From NCBI GenBank assembly GCA_902610905.1, contig CACLXS010000001.1:6079-70078 (forward strand): a stretch of DNA of 64,000 nt, in the 5' to 3' direction. A program made the translations under genes and the position numbers. Within the stretch, counting starts at the first letter, position 1, and every line of letters begins with the position of its first letter. Source of the stretch: an uncultured SAR86 cluster bacterium (GTDB lineage: Bacteria > Pseudomonadota > Gammaproteobacteria > Magnimaribacterales > D2472). The notes beneath the pieces are model-generated. The model saw only the letters and a list, made by a program, of their open reading frames with translations, ran no database searches and had not been told where the DNA came from. This document shows positions 51,180 through 64,000 of this stretch, in pieces.

Positions 51180-52736
51180 CTAACCTCCGGTACCAACCTG
51201 AGTGTCACCCAAGACACCATGTTTTTTATATAAATATCGTTGTTGACCAAGAGAAACGCCCGAATTTATTACAGAGTAAAGACACAGAGCGGCAGGAAAA
51301 ACAAAAAAGAATATAGAGAAAACAACAGGCATGTATTTAATTACTTGTTGCTGCATTGGGTCTTGTGAGGGGGGTGCTGGGCTAAGTTTTTGTGTGGAAA
51401 ACATAATTAAACCAAACAAAACAGGAAGAATAAAAAGAGGGTCAGGAACAGATAAATCAGACATCCAAAATATCGAAGCATGCCTTAACTCAACCATCTC
51501 TCTTAATGCAAAAAAGAACCCAATAAAAAAAGGCATTTGAGCCAAGATTGGCAAACAGCCACCCAGAGGATTAACTTTTTCTGTTTTGTATAGCTTCATC
51601 ATTTCTTGTGAAAGCCTTTGCCTGTCATCGCTATACCTGTCTTGAAGCTCTTTCATTTTGGGGCCAACCTTTCTCATATTGCCCATAGAGACAAACCCCT
51701 TTGCTGTTACTGGAAACAACACAAGTTTTAAAATAAAAGTGAAAACTATTATCGAGAGAGCCCAGTTACCAACAAAACCATTTATTAGATCTAAAAACCA
51801 AACCATGGGTTGCGATATAAACCAAAACCAGCCCATGTCTATAGAGAGCTCTAAATTTTCTGCCCTCTCAGCCAAATCCTTTCTAACTTTTGGGCCAATA
51901 AAAACACGGTGTGAGTGTTTATATACAAGGTTTGAGGCCTCCCCTTTTTCAACAGTATATCCCATTCTATAAACACCAGAATCAGCAGGGTGAACAAAGA
52001 AATTATAAATATTATCTTCCGAGCCAATAAGAGCAGCAAAAAAATATTTTTCTATAAAAGAAACCCAACCAGAACGAGAAAGATAAGATATTGATTCATC
52101 AACGCTTCTTAACCTGGTTGTTTCGTATGGATCTTGATCAGTGCTAAACGCAACCCCTTGATAAGAGCTATTATTCATCATCCCACCCTGGAGCCATGAT
52201 GTTTTTAAATCCAAAGATCTACCCTCTGTTCTATAAAGAGCAGCAAATGCCTTTCCAGAAGTACCAGATGATGAGGTGTCAGTAATCAAAAGCTCATATG
52301 TCTCAGGCAAAAAAGTGAACTCTTTTGTTAAATCCCCGTCTTCTGTTTTTAAAACTACAGAATTGTTGTCATAGCTATGAAGGAGGTATTTGGCCGCTTT
52401 GCCAGTAAAACCTGTTTTTAAATAGTACCTAAATATACTTGTATTCGATGAGCCAAAAACCCTTACCCCTGGCGAACCCTCAATATTTTCTACACCATAT
52501 TTTTTAAGCCTAGACTCAACAACCGAACCAGTGGTTGTTGATATTTTTAATCTTAGTTCGTTATTTTCAAGATAAACATAACCACCATCATTTGTAACCC
52601 GAGAGGCGGCAGCCTCTATATCTGCAACTCTAAGCTGCTCAATCTCAGAGAGCTTTTGGTTTTCTGAGTTCCACTCATAAAACAAAGCCATAGAGAGAAC
52701 AACAATAACTCCAAGATAAACTTTTCTTAAATTCAT
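51180..52736 (-). CDS. yidC: Membrane protein insertase YidC
   Basis: Large periplasmic P1 domain plus the 60-kDa IMP core (GGCLPILAQMPFF); 518 aa. Confidence 0.95.
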   Translation of the reverse strand: MNLRKVYLGVIVVLSMALFYEWNSENQKLSEIEQLRVADIEAAASRVTNDGGYVYLENNELRLKISTTTGSVVESRLKKYGVENIEGSPGVRVFGSSNTSIFRYYLKTGFTGKAAKYLLHSYDNNSVVLKTEDGDLTKEFTFLPETYELLITDTSSSGTSGKAFAALYRTEGRSLDLKTSWLQGGMMNNSSYQGVAFSTDQDPYETTRLRSVDESISYLSRSGWVSFIEKYFFAALIGSEDNIYNFFVHPADSGVYRMGYTVEKGEASNLVYKHSHRVFIGPKVRKDLAERAENLELSIDMGWFWFISQPMVWFLDLINGFVGNWALSIIVFTFILKLVLFPVTAKGFVSMGNMRKVGPKMKELQDRYSDDRQRLSQEMMKLYKTEKVNPLGGCLPILAQMPFFIGFFFALREMVELRHASIFWMSDLSVPDPLFILPVLFGLIMFSTQKLSPAPPSQDPMQQQVIKYMPVVFSIFFFVFPAALCLYSVINSGVSLGQQRYLYKKHGVLGDTQVGTGG

Positions 52737-53035
52737 TTTTTAACCTTATTGTGAGTTAATGATTTTACAGCGTTAATTATCTCAAAAGAAGCCTCTTTAT
52801 AACTTAATTCGGCAAAGGGTTTATGGGCAACTAGCACAAATGAACCTTTATTTAAAAACAGGTGGTTGTTTTTAAAAATTTCTTTCACCCTTCTTTTAAT
52901 TTTATTTCTTGTAACAGCAAGCCTGAAGTTTTTTTTGGATACAACTATTCGCAAACCTGTTTTACCATCTTCAACAAAAAAGATTCTTAAGTTTTTAGAA
53001 GTATGAAAGTGTTTTGAAAGCGAAGGTGTTCGCAA
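52733..53035 (-). CDS. rnpA: Ribonuclease P protein component
   Basis: AVTRNKIKRRVKE RNR motif. TTG start lies 4 nt after the rpmH stop and the 3' end overlaps the yidC start. Confidence 0.88.
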   Translation of the reverse strand: MRTPSLSKHFHTSKNLRIFFVEDGKTGLRIVVSKKNFRLAVTRNKIKRRVKEIFKNNHLFLNKGSFVLVAHKPFAELSYKEASFEIINAVKSLTHNKVKK

Positions 53036-53038
53036 GTT

Positions 53039-53173
53039 CTAGGCAGTTAAAACCTTGCGGCCTTTTTTTCTTCTGTTAGACAGAATTGCCTTGCCTGCCT
53101 TGGAAGCCATTCTTGCCCTAAAGCCATGAGTTCTGCTTCTTTTTAAAGTGCTTGGTTGAAACGTTCTTTTCAT
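53039..53173 (-). CDS. rpmH: 50S ribosomal protein L34 (below the ORF-track cutoff)
   Basis: Hand-translated as [44 protein letters not shown], 44 aa. Confidence 0.95.
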   Translation of the reverse strand: MKRTFQPSTLKRSRTHGFRARMASKAGKAILSNRRKKGRKVLTA

Positions 53174-53271
53174 AATTTACTGCCTGTAAAAAATAGTTGC
53201 GAATTATAGCCCATAAATTAAAAGATTTCATAGAATTTTAAAAAAACTCAAAAAAGTTTTTTATATACAAG

Positions 53272-53303
53272 TTATCCACAAAAAATTCATTAACTTATCC
53301 TGT
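53272..53303 (+). promoter_or_regulatory. DnaA boxes in the rpmH-dnaA spacer (candidate oriC / dnaA autoregulatory region)
   Basis: Perfect TTATCCACA at 53272-53280 and TTATCCTGT at 53295-53303, in AT-rich surroundings. The transcription strand switch occurs here. Confidence 0.55.
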
Positions 53304-53356
53304 AGATATCTTGTTAGTTTTTTCGTAGACTAGTTGTCTATTAGGAGGAACTAGGA

Positions 53357-54652
53357 TTGGAATTTTGGAATAAATGCTCGGAGAAACTCGAAAACAAGCT
53401 TTCGCAAGAAGATTTTAACACCTGGATCAGACCCCTTAAAGGCAATTTAAATAAAAATACCCTAGAAATAATTGCTCCTAACGACTTTATTCTCAATTAC
53501 GTAGAAACAAACCTTTCCAATGAAATCATGCAAATGATTAAAGTACAATCAAAAAAGGACATAAGTTTGGTTTTTAAAACATTAACAAAGGAAACATTTG
53601 TTGACAAATATAGTAATGATAAAAAATCTGAAGACACCAAACTGGTCGCCTCTTATGTTTTTGATACCTTTGTTGAGGGTAAATCTAATCATGTGGCCTT
53701 GGCAGCATCTAAACAGGTTGCTCTAAACCCAAAAGGTGATTACAACCCACTATTCATCTATGGTGGTGTTGGCCTTGGTAAAACACACCTAATGCACGCT
53801 GTTGGAAACGAAATCCTTAAAAATGAACCAAACAAAAGAATAGTCTATGTTCACTCAGAAAAATTTGTATCTGATATGGTTAAGGCGCTTCAGCTTGGAG
53901 CTATGAATGAGTTTAAATCTTTTTATAGAAATGCTGACGCCCTTTTAATTGACGACATACAGTTTTTTGCAGGAAAAGAGCAATCTCAAGAAGAATTCTT
54001 TCACACATTTAATGCCCTATTAGACAGAAACAATCAAATGATCCTCACTTGTGACAAATACCCAAAAGAAATAGATGGTTTAGAGGAAAGGCTAAAATCA
54101 AGACTTGGTTGGGGGTTGCCGGTAATTATTGATCCGCCTGAGCTTGAAACAAGAGCCGCTGTACTTCTACAAAAAGCATCTTCAATGGGCGTGTCTCTAC
54201 CAAACGATTGTGCAATATATATTGCACAAAGAATTAGATCAAACATAAGAGAGCTTGAGGGCGCTCTTAAGAGAGTTGTCGCCAATGCAAAGTTTACCAA
54301 CCAGGAAATAGACCTTGCTCTTGTTAAAGACGCACTTAAAGATCTCTTTGTAATTTCTGCAAAAATGGTCAGCATTGAAAATATACAAAAGACAGTGGCT
54401 GAATATTACAACATCAAACTTTCAGACCTTTTGTCTAAAAGGAGAAGTCGCTCTATAACAAGACCAAGACAACTTGCCATGGCCTTAACAAAAGAGCTAA
54501 CAAGACACAGCCTTCCAGAAATAGGCGAAGCTTTTAACGGAAGGGACCACACCACAGTTTTGCATGCGTGCAAAAAAATTGCGGAACTGAGAAAAGAAAG
54601 CCCCTCGCATGAAGAGGATTATAGAAACCTTACAAGAGCACTAACCAACTAA
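53357..54652 (+). CDS. dnaA: Chromosomal replication initiator protein DnaA
   Basis: GGVGLGKTHL Walker A and C-terminal DHTTVLHA DNA-binding motif. TTG start lies 8 nt after AGGAGG; 431 aa. Confidence 0.96.
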   Translation: MEFWNKCSEKLENKLSQEDFNTWIRPLKGNLNKNTLEIIAPNDFILNYVETNLSNEIMQMIKVQSKKDISLVFKTLTKETFVDKYSNDKKSEDTKLVASYVFDTFVEGKSNHVALAASKQVALNPKGDYNPLFIYGGVGLGKTHLMHAVGNEILKNEPNKRIVYVHSEKFVSDMVKALQLGAMNEFKSFYRNADALLIDDIQFFAGKEQSQEEFFHTFNALLDRNNQMILTCDKYPKEIDGLEERLKSRLGWGLPVIIDPPELETRAAVLLQKASSMGVSLPNDCAIYIAQRIRSNIRELEGALKRVVANAKFTNQEIDLALVKDALKDLFVISAKMVSIENIQKTVAEYYNIKLSDLLSKRRSRSITRPRQLAMALTKELTRHSLPEIGEAFNGRDHTTVLHACKKIAELRKESPSHEEDYRNLTRALTN

Positions 54653-54654
54653 AT

Positions 54655-55758
54655 ATGGATTTTTATATTACAAAAGAAGAGATAGCTTCATCTCTTAACG
54701 CAACACTTGGGGTTGTAGAAAAACGTCAAACCCTCCCTATTCTTGCTAACGTTCTTTTTGAGGTTGATGAATCAACCTTAAGACTAACAGCAACGGATTT
54801 AGAATCAGAAATATCAACCATTTCAACAATATCTAATTTTAAAAGTGGAGGAAGAATAACAGCACCAGCAAAAAAACTCAGTGAGCTTTGTAGGTTGTTT
54901 AAAATGGGAGATGAAATTCATTTTTTTCTTGACGGAGACAATCTAAAGATAGAAACAAGCTCCGGCAAATATAATTTATCTACATTGCCAAGTGAAGATT
55001 TTCCTGTTTTTGAAAAAGAAGAGGGCGGAAACACTGTTAACATAACAGGACCAAACCTAAAGGCATTAATATACAAAACATCTTTTGCTATGGGTAATCA
55101 AGATTGGAGACATTATCTAAATGGTTTATATATTTCAGTTGAGGATAACGCTATTACAAGCGTAGCAACGGATGCACATAGATTAGCTTTAGCCACTACA
55201 CCACTAAACGAAGGGGTTTCAGAACAAATTACCGGAATAGTCCCGAGAAAGTCGATCAATGAAATAGGCAAGATTGTAAGCGATAGTAGCGAAAACATTT
55301 TATTACAACTAACGCCGAATTCTATTAATGTTAATGTTGCTGGCACTACTTTTTCTAGTAAATTAATTGAAGGTAAATTCCCAGATTATGAGCAAGTGAT
55401 TCCAAGTGGAGAAAGCTCAACACTTTCAATTAATAAAAAAGACCTCTCAGAAAGTCTTAGTAGAGTAAGTGTGCTTTCTAGTGAAAAATTTAGAGGCGTA
55501 AGGATAATAACATCAGAAAATCAAATCAACATATCTGCAAATAATCCAGAAAAAGAACAAGCAGAAGAAAGTGTTGATTGTTCATATACTGGCGAAAGTA
55601 TAGATATTGCATTTAATGTTAATTACATCCAAGAAATATTATCCTCAATTGATGGTGAAAATGTTGAGGTACATTTTTTTGGTTCTGACAAAAGCTGCCT
55701 CATTACAAACCCTGGCTCTGATGACTTTAAATATGTTGTAATGCCTTTATTAATTTAA
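54655..55758 (+). CDS. dnaN: DNA polymerase III beta sliding clamp
   Basis: 367 aa, conserved N-terminus (LPILANVL) and C-terminal MPLLI. Confidence 0.95.
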   Translation: MDFYITKEEIASSLNATLGVVEKRQTLPILANVLFEVDESTLRLTATDLESEISTISTISNFKSGGRITAPAKKLSELCRLFKMGDEIHFFLDGDNLKIETSSGKYNLSTLPSEDFPVFEKEEGGNTVNITGPNLKALIYKTSFAMGNQDWRHYLNGLYISVEDNAITSVATDAHRLALATTPLNEGVSEQITGIVPRKSINEIGKIVSDSSENILLQLTPNSINVNVAGTTFSSKLIEGKFPDYEQVIPSGESSTLSINKKDLSESLSRVSVLSSEKFRGVRIITSENQINISANNPEKEQAEESVDCSYTGESIDIAFNVNYIQEILSSIDGENVEVHFFGSDKSCLITNPGSDDFKYVVMPLLI

Positions 55759-55795
55759 TTGCTTAAAATTAAATTTCTAGTTTTATTAAACTTAA

Positions 55796-59495
<3,700 letters not shown>

Positions 59496-59498
59496 TAT

Positions 59499-60854
59499 CT
59501 ATTCATTTACGCGCTTTATTAGATATTCTGGTAAAGCATCAATAGATATTCTTTCTTGCTTCATGGTATCCCTATCTCTAACTGTAGCTGTATTGTCTTC
59601 TAAGCTCTCAAAATCTATTGTAATACATAAGGGCGTACCAATTTCATCATGTCTTCGATAGCCTTTACCTATATTACCTGTATTTTCTAAAACGATTCTT
59701 CCTATATTTAAACTTTGTAAGCTCTTTTTTAAATCAGAAGCTTTATTAACCAGGTCATCATTATTTTTTTTCAATGGTATTACAGCAGCTTTAACTGGAG
59801 AAAGGTGAGGCTTAAGTTTTAAGACAATTCTTTCTTTTCCTTCGCCCAAATCTTCAACGTTATATGCCTCATTCATGATCGCTAAAATACCTCTTTCTAC
59901 ACCAGCTGAAGGTTCTATGACATAGGGAACTACCCACTTCTTTGACTCTATGTCTTGAATGGCCAATCTTGTATTTGAATTATTATTTGGCATGACTTTG
60001 GCTGATATATTCAGCTCATCTTGATTTTTTGTGTGCGAACCTAAGTCAAAATCTGTTCTATTAGCTATGCCTTCAAGCTCTTCAAGACCATGAGGAAATT
60101 TGTACATAATATCAATTGTACCCTTCGAGTAATGCGCTAACTCGTCTTCAGGAACATCATAGAGCTCTATATTTTCTTCTGGCACACCTTGTTTTTCCCA
60201 CCAAACAAGCCTCTTCTTAACCCATCTCTCATGCCAATCTTCGTCAGTTCCAGGCTTTACAAAAAACTCCAACTCCATTTGTTCAAATTCTCTAACCCTA
60301 AAAATAAAATTTCTAGGAGTTATTTCATTTCTAAATGCTTTACCTATCTGTGCAATACCAAAGGGCAATGTTTTAGACGAAGAATCAATAACATTTTTAA
60401 AATTTATAAATATCTGTTGTGCTGTTTCAGGCCTTAAATATGCAAACGATGAACCATCATCTATTGGCCCTACATTTGTTTTAAACATAAGATTAAACTG
60501 ACGTGCTTCTGTAAAATCACACTTACCTTTATTGCAGTTTTCAGGCAATTGATCTTCTCTAAACCTAGATTTACATGTTTTACAGTCAACCATGGGGTCT
60601 GAGAAAGTATCTTCATGTCCAGAATATTTTAAAACTGTAGGATTTGACAAAATAGAAGCATCTAAGCCTTCAATATTATCATTTTCATAGACCATAGATG
60701 ACCACCAGGCATTCTTGAGATTATTTTTTAGTTCTACTCCCAGAGGCCCATAATCATACATGCCTTGCAATCCGCCGTAGATTTCACCAGATTGAAAAAT
60801 AAAACCCCTTCTTTTACATAACGAAACTAATTCATCCATTGATTTAGCAGTCAA
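59499..60854 (-). CDS. glyQS: Glycine--tRNA ligase, homodimeric alpha2 type
   Basis: [37 protein letters not shown]-terminus typical of single-chain GlyRS; 451 aa. Confidence 0.9.
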   Translation of the reverse strand: MTAKSMDELVSLCKRRGFIFQSGEIYGGLQGMYDYGPLGVELKNNLKNAWWSSMVYENDNIEGLDASILSNPTVLKYSGHEDTFSDPMVDCKTCKSRFREDQLPENCNKGKCDFTEARQFNLMFKTNVGPIDDGSSFAYLRPETAQQIFINFKNVIDSSSKTLPFGIAQIGKAFRNEITPRNFIFRVREFEQMELEFFVKPGTDEDWHERWVKKRLVWWEKQGVPEENIELYDVPEDELAHYSKGTIDIMYKFPHGLEELEGIANRTDFDLGSHTKNQDELNISAKVMPNNNSNTRLAIQDIESKKWVVPYVIEPSAGVERGILAIMNEAYNVEDLGEGKERIVLKLKPHLSPVKAAVIPLKKNNDDLVNKASDLKKSLQSLNIGRIVLENTGNIGKGYRRHDEIGTPLCITIDFESLEDNTATVRDRDTMKQERISIDALPEYLIKRVNE

Positions 60855-60984
60855 AACAATCTCCTAATCCATAAAAATGGAACATATGTCTAATAATTTA
60901 TAAACAAATAATTTAGTAATATTTAAATCTATAACAATAAAAATCAATTATGATTATATATCAAACACTGAATAAGTAATCAGA

Positions 60985-61845
60985 ATGAAGTCTTTATTTT
61001 ATATAGCATCTTTAATACCAACATCCTTTTTAAGAAAACTAGTTATATTAGCAAGTAAAACTAAAATATTTAAAACATCGTCAGCTTATAAAGTAACCTT
61101 ACGAAATTTAGAAATGACATATAAACATCTTGATCAGATTGAGCTTGAGCAACTTGCTGAAGAAAGTTTTATTGAAACAATTTTGAGTGGACATGAAACA
61201 ATTAAGTCGTGGAGCAAACCCATACATATTTCTGGGAAAAATATTTTTAGAATTGAAAACAACTATCTCCTCAATAGATATATTGTTGAGGGCAATGGTG
61301 TTGCCGTAATTGCTGTTCATAATAGAAGCGTTGATATGTTGCTTAAATGGATAAATACAAAATGTGAAACAACAACTCTTTACAAAAAAGTAAAAATTAA
61401 AGCACTCGATCGTTTCGTAAGAAAACAAAGAGAGGGTAAAAATAACAATGTATATGAGACCACAATGACCGGTGTACGAAAAATTTTACAAGCTTATAAG
61501 GCAAATAAAACAATATGTATAGCTGCCGATCAAGTTCCAAAAGAAGGAATGGGGGAATATATAAAACTATTTAATATAGATGTATATACAACAACACTGG
61601 CCTCATCTTTAGTTCATAAGACACAGAAACCAGCAGTATTTATTTGCCTGAATTCTTTTGAAAATAATAAATTAGGAGTAACAATAAAACCCTGTAGAAA
61701 AGATATATATAATGAAAGTAAGCACAAACTATCACTCAACAAAAGTATTGAAAATCTAATCAATATCAATCCTAAAGATTACTCATGGGAATATAAAAGA
61801 TATAAAAAACTCTTGTCGGGAGAGAACCCATACAAAGATATTTAA
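60985..61845 (+). CDS. Lipid A biosynthesis (Kdo)2-lipid IVA acyltransferase (LpxL/LpxM/LpxP family)
   Basis: 286 aa, HNRSVD (HX4D) motif and family-typical length and N-terminal anchor. Confidence 0.7.
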   Translation: MKSLFYIASLIPTSFLRKLVILASKTKIFKTSSAYKVTLRNLEMTYKHLDQIELEQLAEESFIETILSGHETIKSWSKPIHISGKNIFRIENNYLLNRYIVEGNGVAVIAVHNRSVDMLLKWINTKCETTTLYKKVKIKALDRFVRKQREGKNNNVYETTMTGVRKILQAYKANKTICIAADQVPKEGMGEYIKLFNIDVYTTTLASSLVHKTQKPAVFICLNSFENNKLGVTIKPCRKDIYNESKHKLSLNKSIENLININPKDYSWEYKRYKKLLSGENPYKDI

Positions 61846-61848
61846 AGA

Positions 61849-63282
61849 TTATTTTTGCCAAAAAATAGGCATTAATAAAACCAATAATGTGAATATTTCA
61901 AGTCTCCCTAATATCATGGCGAAAGACAATATTGCCTTGCCTGTAGCAGTTACAGATGCATATGTTTGAGCAACTTCTCCAAGGCCTGGACCAAGGTTAT
62001 TAAGACAAGCCCCAATGGCAGAAAATGCTGATTGAAAATCAAGCCCGGTTACAACAAGCCCTAACAATAAAATAATAAAAGAAAGTACATATATAGAAAA
62101 GAAGCCCCAAACAGATGCAGCAACATCATTCTCAACATTTTTTGTTCCAATCTTTAATGATATTACGGCATTAGGATGAATTATCTTTTTTAGATTAATA
62201 TATGCGTAATTAATCATAATTAATACTCTCCAAGATTTGATACCACCTCCAACCGAACCAGAACATGCGCCAATAAATGCACCGATCAAAAAAAGGAATC
62301 CTATTGATGGGTTCCACTGATTTGTATCTCCTATTGAGAAGCCAGTAGTTGTTACAATTGATACAGAGTGAAATAACAGCTCTCTTACGGAAGCCTGCTC
62401 ATAGTTTGAGAAATAATTAATTAAAATAGATAACAAGAAAATGCATGCCATTATTGATATAAAAAATCTAAGCTCTGGATCATGTAAATACTTGAGCGGT
62501 TTTTTCATATAAAAAGCAAAATAATGTAATGTAAAGCTTAATGCTGATAAAAGCATAAAAATTATACATACCGTTTCAATTAACCCATTATCGAAATGCC
62601 CAATACTGTTGTTATATGTTGAAAAACCACCAATTGAGACTGTGCTTAAGCTATGAGAAATTGCATCAAATGCATTCATCCCAGCAAAAAAGTAAAAGAC
62701 AGAACAAAAAATTGTAAGTAAAAGGTATATCAACCATAAAGCTTGGGCTGTTTCCTTAATTCTTGGTGTTAGCTTTTGGTCATTCATGGCCCCAGGTATC
62801 TCAGTTTTATAAAGTTGGCCTCCTCCAATGCCCAAGAGTGGCATCACAGCTATAGCTAAAACTATTAAACCCATGCCCCCCATCCACTGCAATAACTGTC
62901 TATATAACAATAAAGATTCTGGAAGAACGCTCAGATTTGGGATTACAGTTGCACCAGTTGTAGTTATTCCAGACATAGATTCAAAAAAAGAATCAATAAA
63001 TGTCATTCCGCTAAGAATAAAAGGAATAGAGCCAGCAGAAGACAACACTATCCAAAAAAGTGTTATAACCAAGAAACCATCTTTGTGGGTCATCTCTTCA
63101 GTATTATTTTTAGAAATAAGCCATCCAAGAAAGCCGACCATAAAAACAACTAAAAAGGTTATAACAAAAATAGATAAAGCCCCATCTTTATATATAAAAG
63201 ACGTGATTATGGGCACAATAAATGAAATACTAAAAAACATTACCAAGATGCTAAATAGCTTCAATAAGGCCTTAAAATTCAT
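61849..63282 (-). CDS. trkH: Trk-type potassium uptake protein TrkH
   Basis: 477-aa polytopic protein with repeated selectivity-filter-like TTTGF/SIGGFST/TTTGAT motifs; adjacent to trkA. Confidence 0.9.
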   Translation of the reverse strand: MNFKALLKLFSILVMFFSISFIVPIITSFIYKDGALSIFVITFLVVFMVGFLGWLISKNNTEEMTHKDGFLVITLFWIVLSSAGSIPFILSGMTFIDSFFESMSGITTTGATVIPNLSVLPESLLLYRQLLQWMGGMGLIVLAIAVMPLLGIGGGQLYKTEIPGAMNDQKLTPRIKETAQALWLIYLLLTIFCSVFYFFAGMNAFDAISHSLSTVSIGGFSTYNNSIGHFDNGLIETVCIIFMLLSALSFTLHYFAFYMKKPLKYLHDPELRFFISIMACIFLLSILINYFSNYEQASVRELLFHSVSIVTTTGFSIGDTNQWNPSIGFLFLIGAFIGACSGSVGGGIKSWRVLIMINYAYINLKKIIHPNAVISLKIGTKNVENDVAASVWGFFSIYVLSFIILLLGLVVTGLDFQSAFSAIGACLNNLGPGLGEVAQTYASVTATGKAILSFAMILGRLEIFTLLVLLMPIFWQK

Positions 63283-63286
63283 TTTT

Positions 63287-64000
63287 TTATTTAAATAGAA
63301 CCTCTATTTCATTAACATTATTTTTATCAGATAAAAATACTACCAAATGATCGTTCAATGTTAATTCAACGCTTGAACTAGGCATTATTAGTTCACCATG
63401 TCTTATAATTGCAGCAATAGCTGTCCCTTCAGGCAAAGGGATTTCTTTGATTGATTTTCCAAATAGTGAAGAGGTAAATTCGTTAGCATGAACAATGCCC
63501 TCAATAGCCTCTGCGCCTGTATTTACTTTTAATATTACATCCTGAGCCACATCACTTTCTCTAAGATCTTGAAGAACAGATGAAACAGTAAGCCTGTAAG
63601 GAGCTATATAAACATCTATAAAGCCTGGCACAAGGCCTAGATATGATGGATTATTGAGAATAATCATCGTCTTCTTAGCGCCCATTTTCTTTGCGAGCAA
63701 TGACGACATGACATTTGTCTCATCATCATCAGTTAAAGCACAAAATATGTCTATATTAGCTATATTTTCACTTTTTAATAGAGATTCATCTGTTGCTGAG
63801 CCATTTAATACAATTGTTTTTTCTAATTCTTTTGATAAAACCTTACATCTCTCACCATCAGAATCAATTAGTTTGACGTTATAGTCTTTCTCAATGCCTT
63901 TTGCCAAAGAAAAACCAACTTTACCACCTCCTGCAATCATAATTCTGGAATATTGGTCTTCATGGTCCCTAAACTCTTCAACAATAGGCCCTATATTAGA
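63287..64000 (-). CDS. trkA: Trk system NAD-binding protein TrkA, C-terminal half (continues beyond window)
   Basis: IMIAGGGKVG Rossmann motif of the second RCK module. The frame stays open upstream of the listed Met to the window end. Confidence 0.88.
   Translation of the reverse strand, partial: SNIGPIVEEFRDHEDQYSRIMIAGGGKVGFSLAKGIEKDYNVKLIDSDGERCKVLSKELEKTIVLNGSATDESLLKSENIANIDIFCALTDDDETNVMSSLLAKKMGAKKTMIILNNPSYLGLVPGFIDVYIAPYRLTVSSVLQDLRESDVAQDVILKVNTGAEAIEGIVHANEFTSSLFGKSIKEIPLPEGTAIAAIIRHGELIMPSSSVELTLNDHLVVFLSDKNNVNEIEVLFK

Noticed and set aside
52733-53035. Absence of yidD between rnpA and yidC, considered as a possible gene loss worth flagging.
   Set aside because: rnpA overlaps yidC by 4 nt and no ORF of 60 aa or more is present. 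However, yidD is small, often overlaps rnpA in another frame and could be located elsewhere, so this cannot be judged from the window alone.

Overview
AT-rich, very gene-dense bacterial chromosome segment. Many adjacent genes overlap by 1-8 nt and there are almost no intergenic hairpins. By inference it comes from a streamlined marine gammaproteobacterium, possibly SAR86-like; this was not verified. The right half (35.5-64 kb) is the classic origin-proximal backbone: glmS-glmU-atpCDGAHFEBI-parB-parA-rsmG-mnmG-mnmE-yidC-rnpA-rpmH on the minus strand, then a strand switch at about 53.2-53.35 kb that carries a consensus DnaA box. After the switch come dnaA-dnaN-recF-gyrB on the plus strand, with a near-consensus parS inside the recF 3' end, followed by plsC, glyQS, lpxL, trkH and trkA. 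The left part (0-19 kb) is housekeeping: metW', rdgB, hemW, trmB, rpoH, cysQ, yaaA, a split TRAP transporter, lipAB, uvrD and typA. The interval between typA and glmS (about 18.9-35.5 kb) looks accessory. It holds oxygenases/hydroxylases, VOC proteins, methyltransferases, a lone Pif1-type helicase, a CPBP protease and many tiny membrane proteins. The most unusual sequence-level signal lies just downstream of glmS. The last 22 nt of glmS, stop codon included, are repeated 459 bp away. Exact 12-bp inverted repeats sit just inside the two copies, and together they bracket a single small membrane-protein gene. A third, degenerate copy of the glmS end lies after the next gene (CPBP). This pattern suggests serial site-specific insertions at a glmS-end attachment site, yet no integrase or transposase is visible in the window. 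No tRNA, rRNA, CRISPR array or recognisable transposase/integrase gene was seen. All family assignments come from motif recognition by eye and need HMM/BLAST confirmation.
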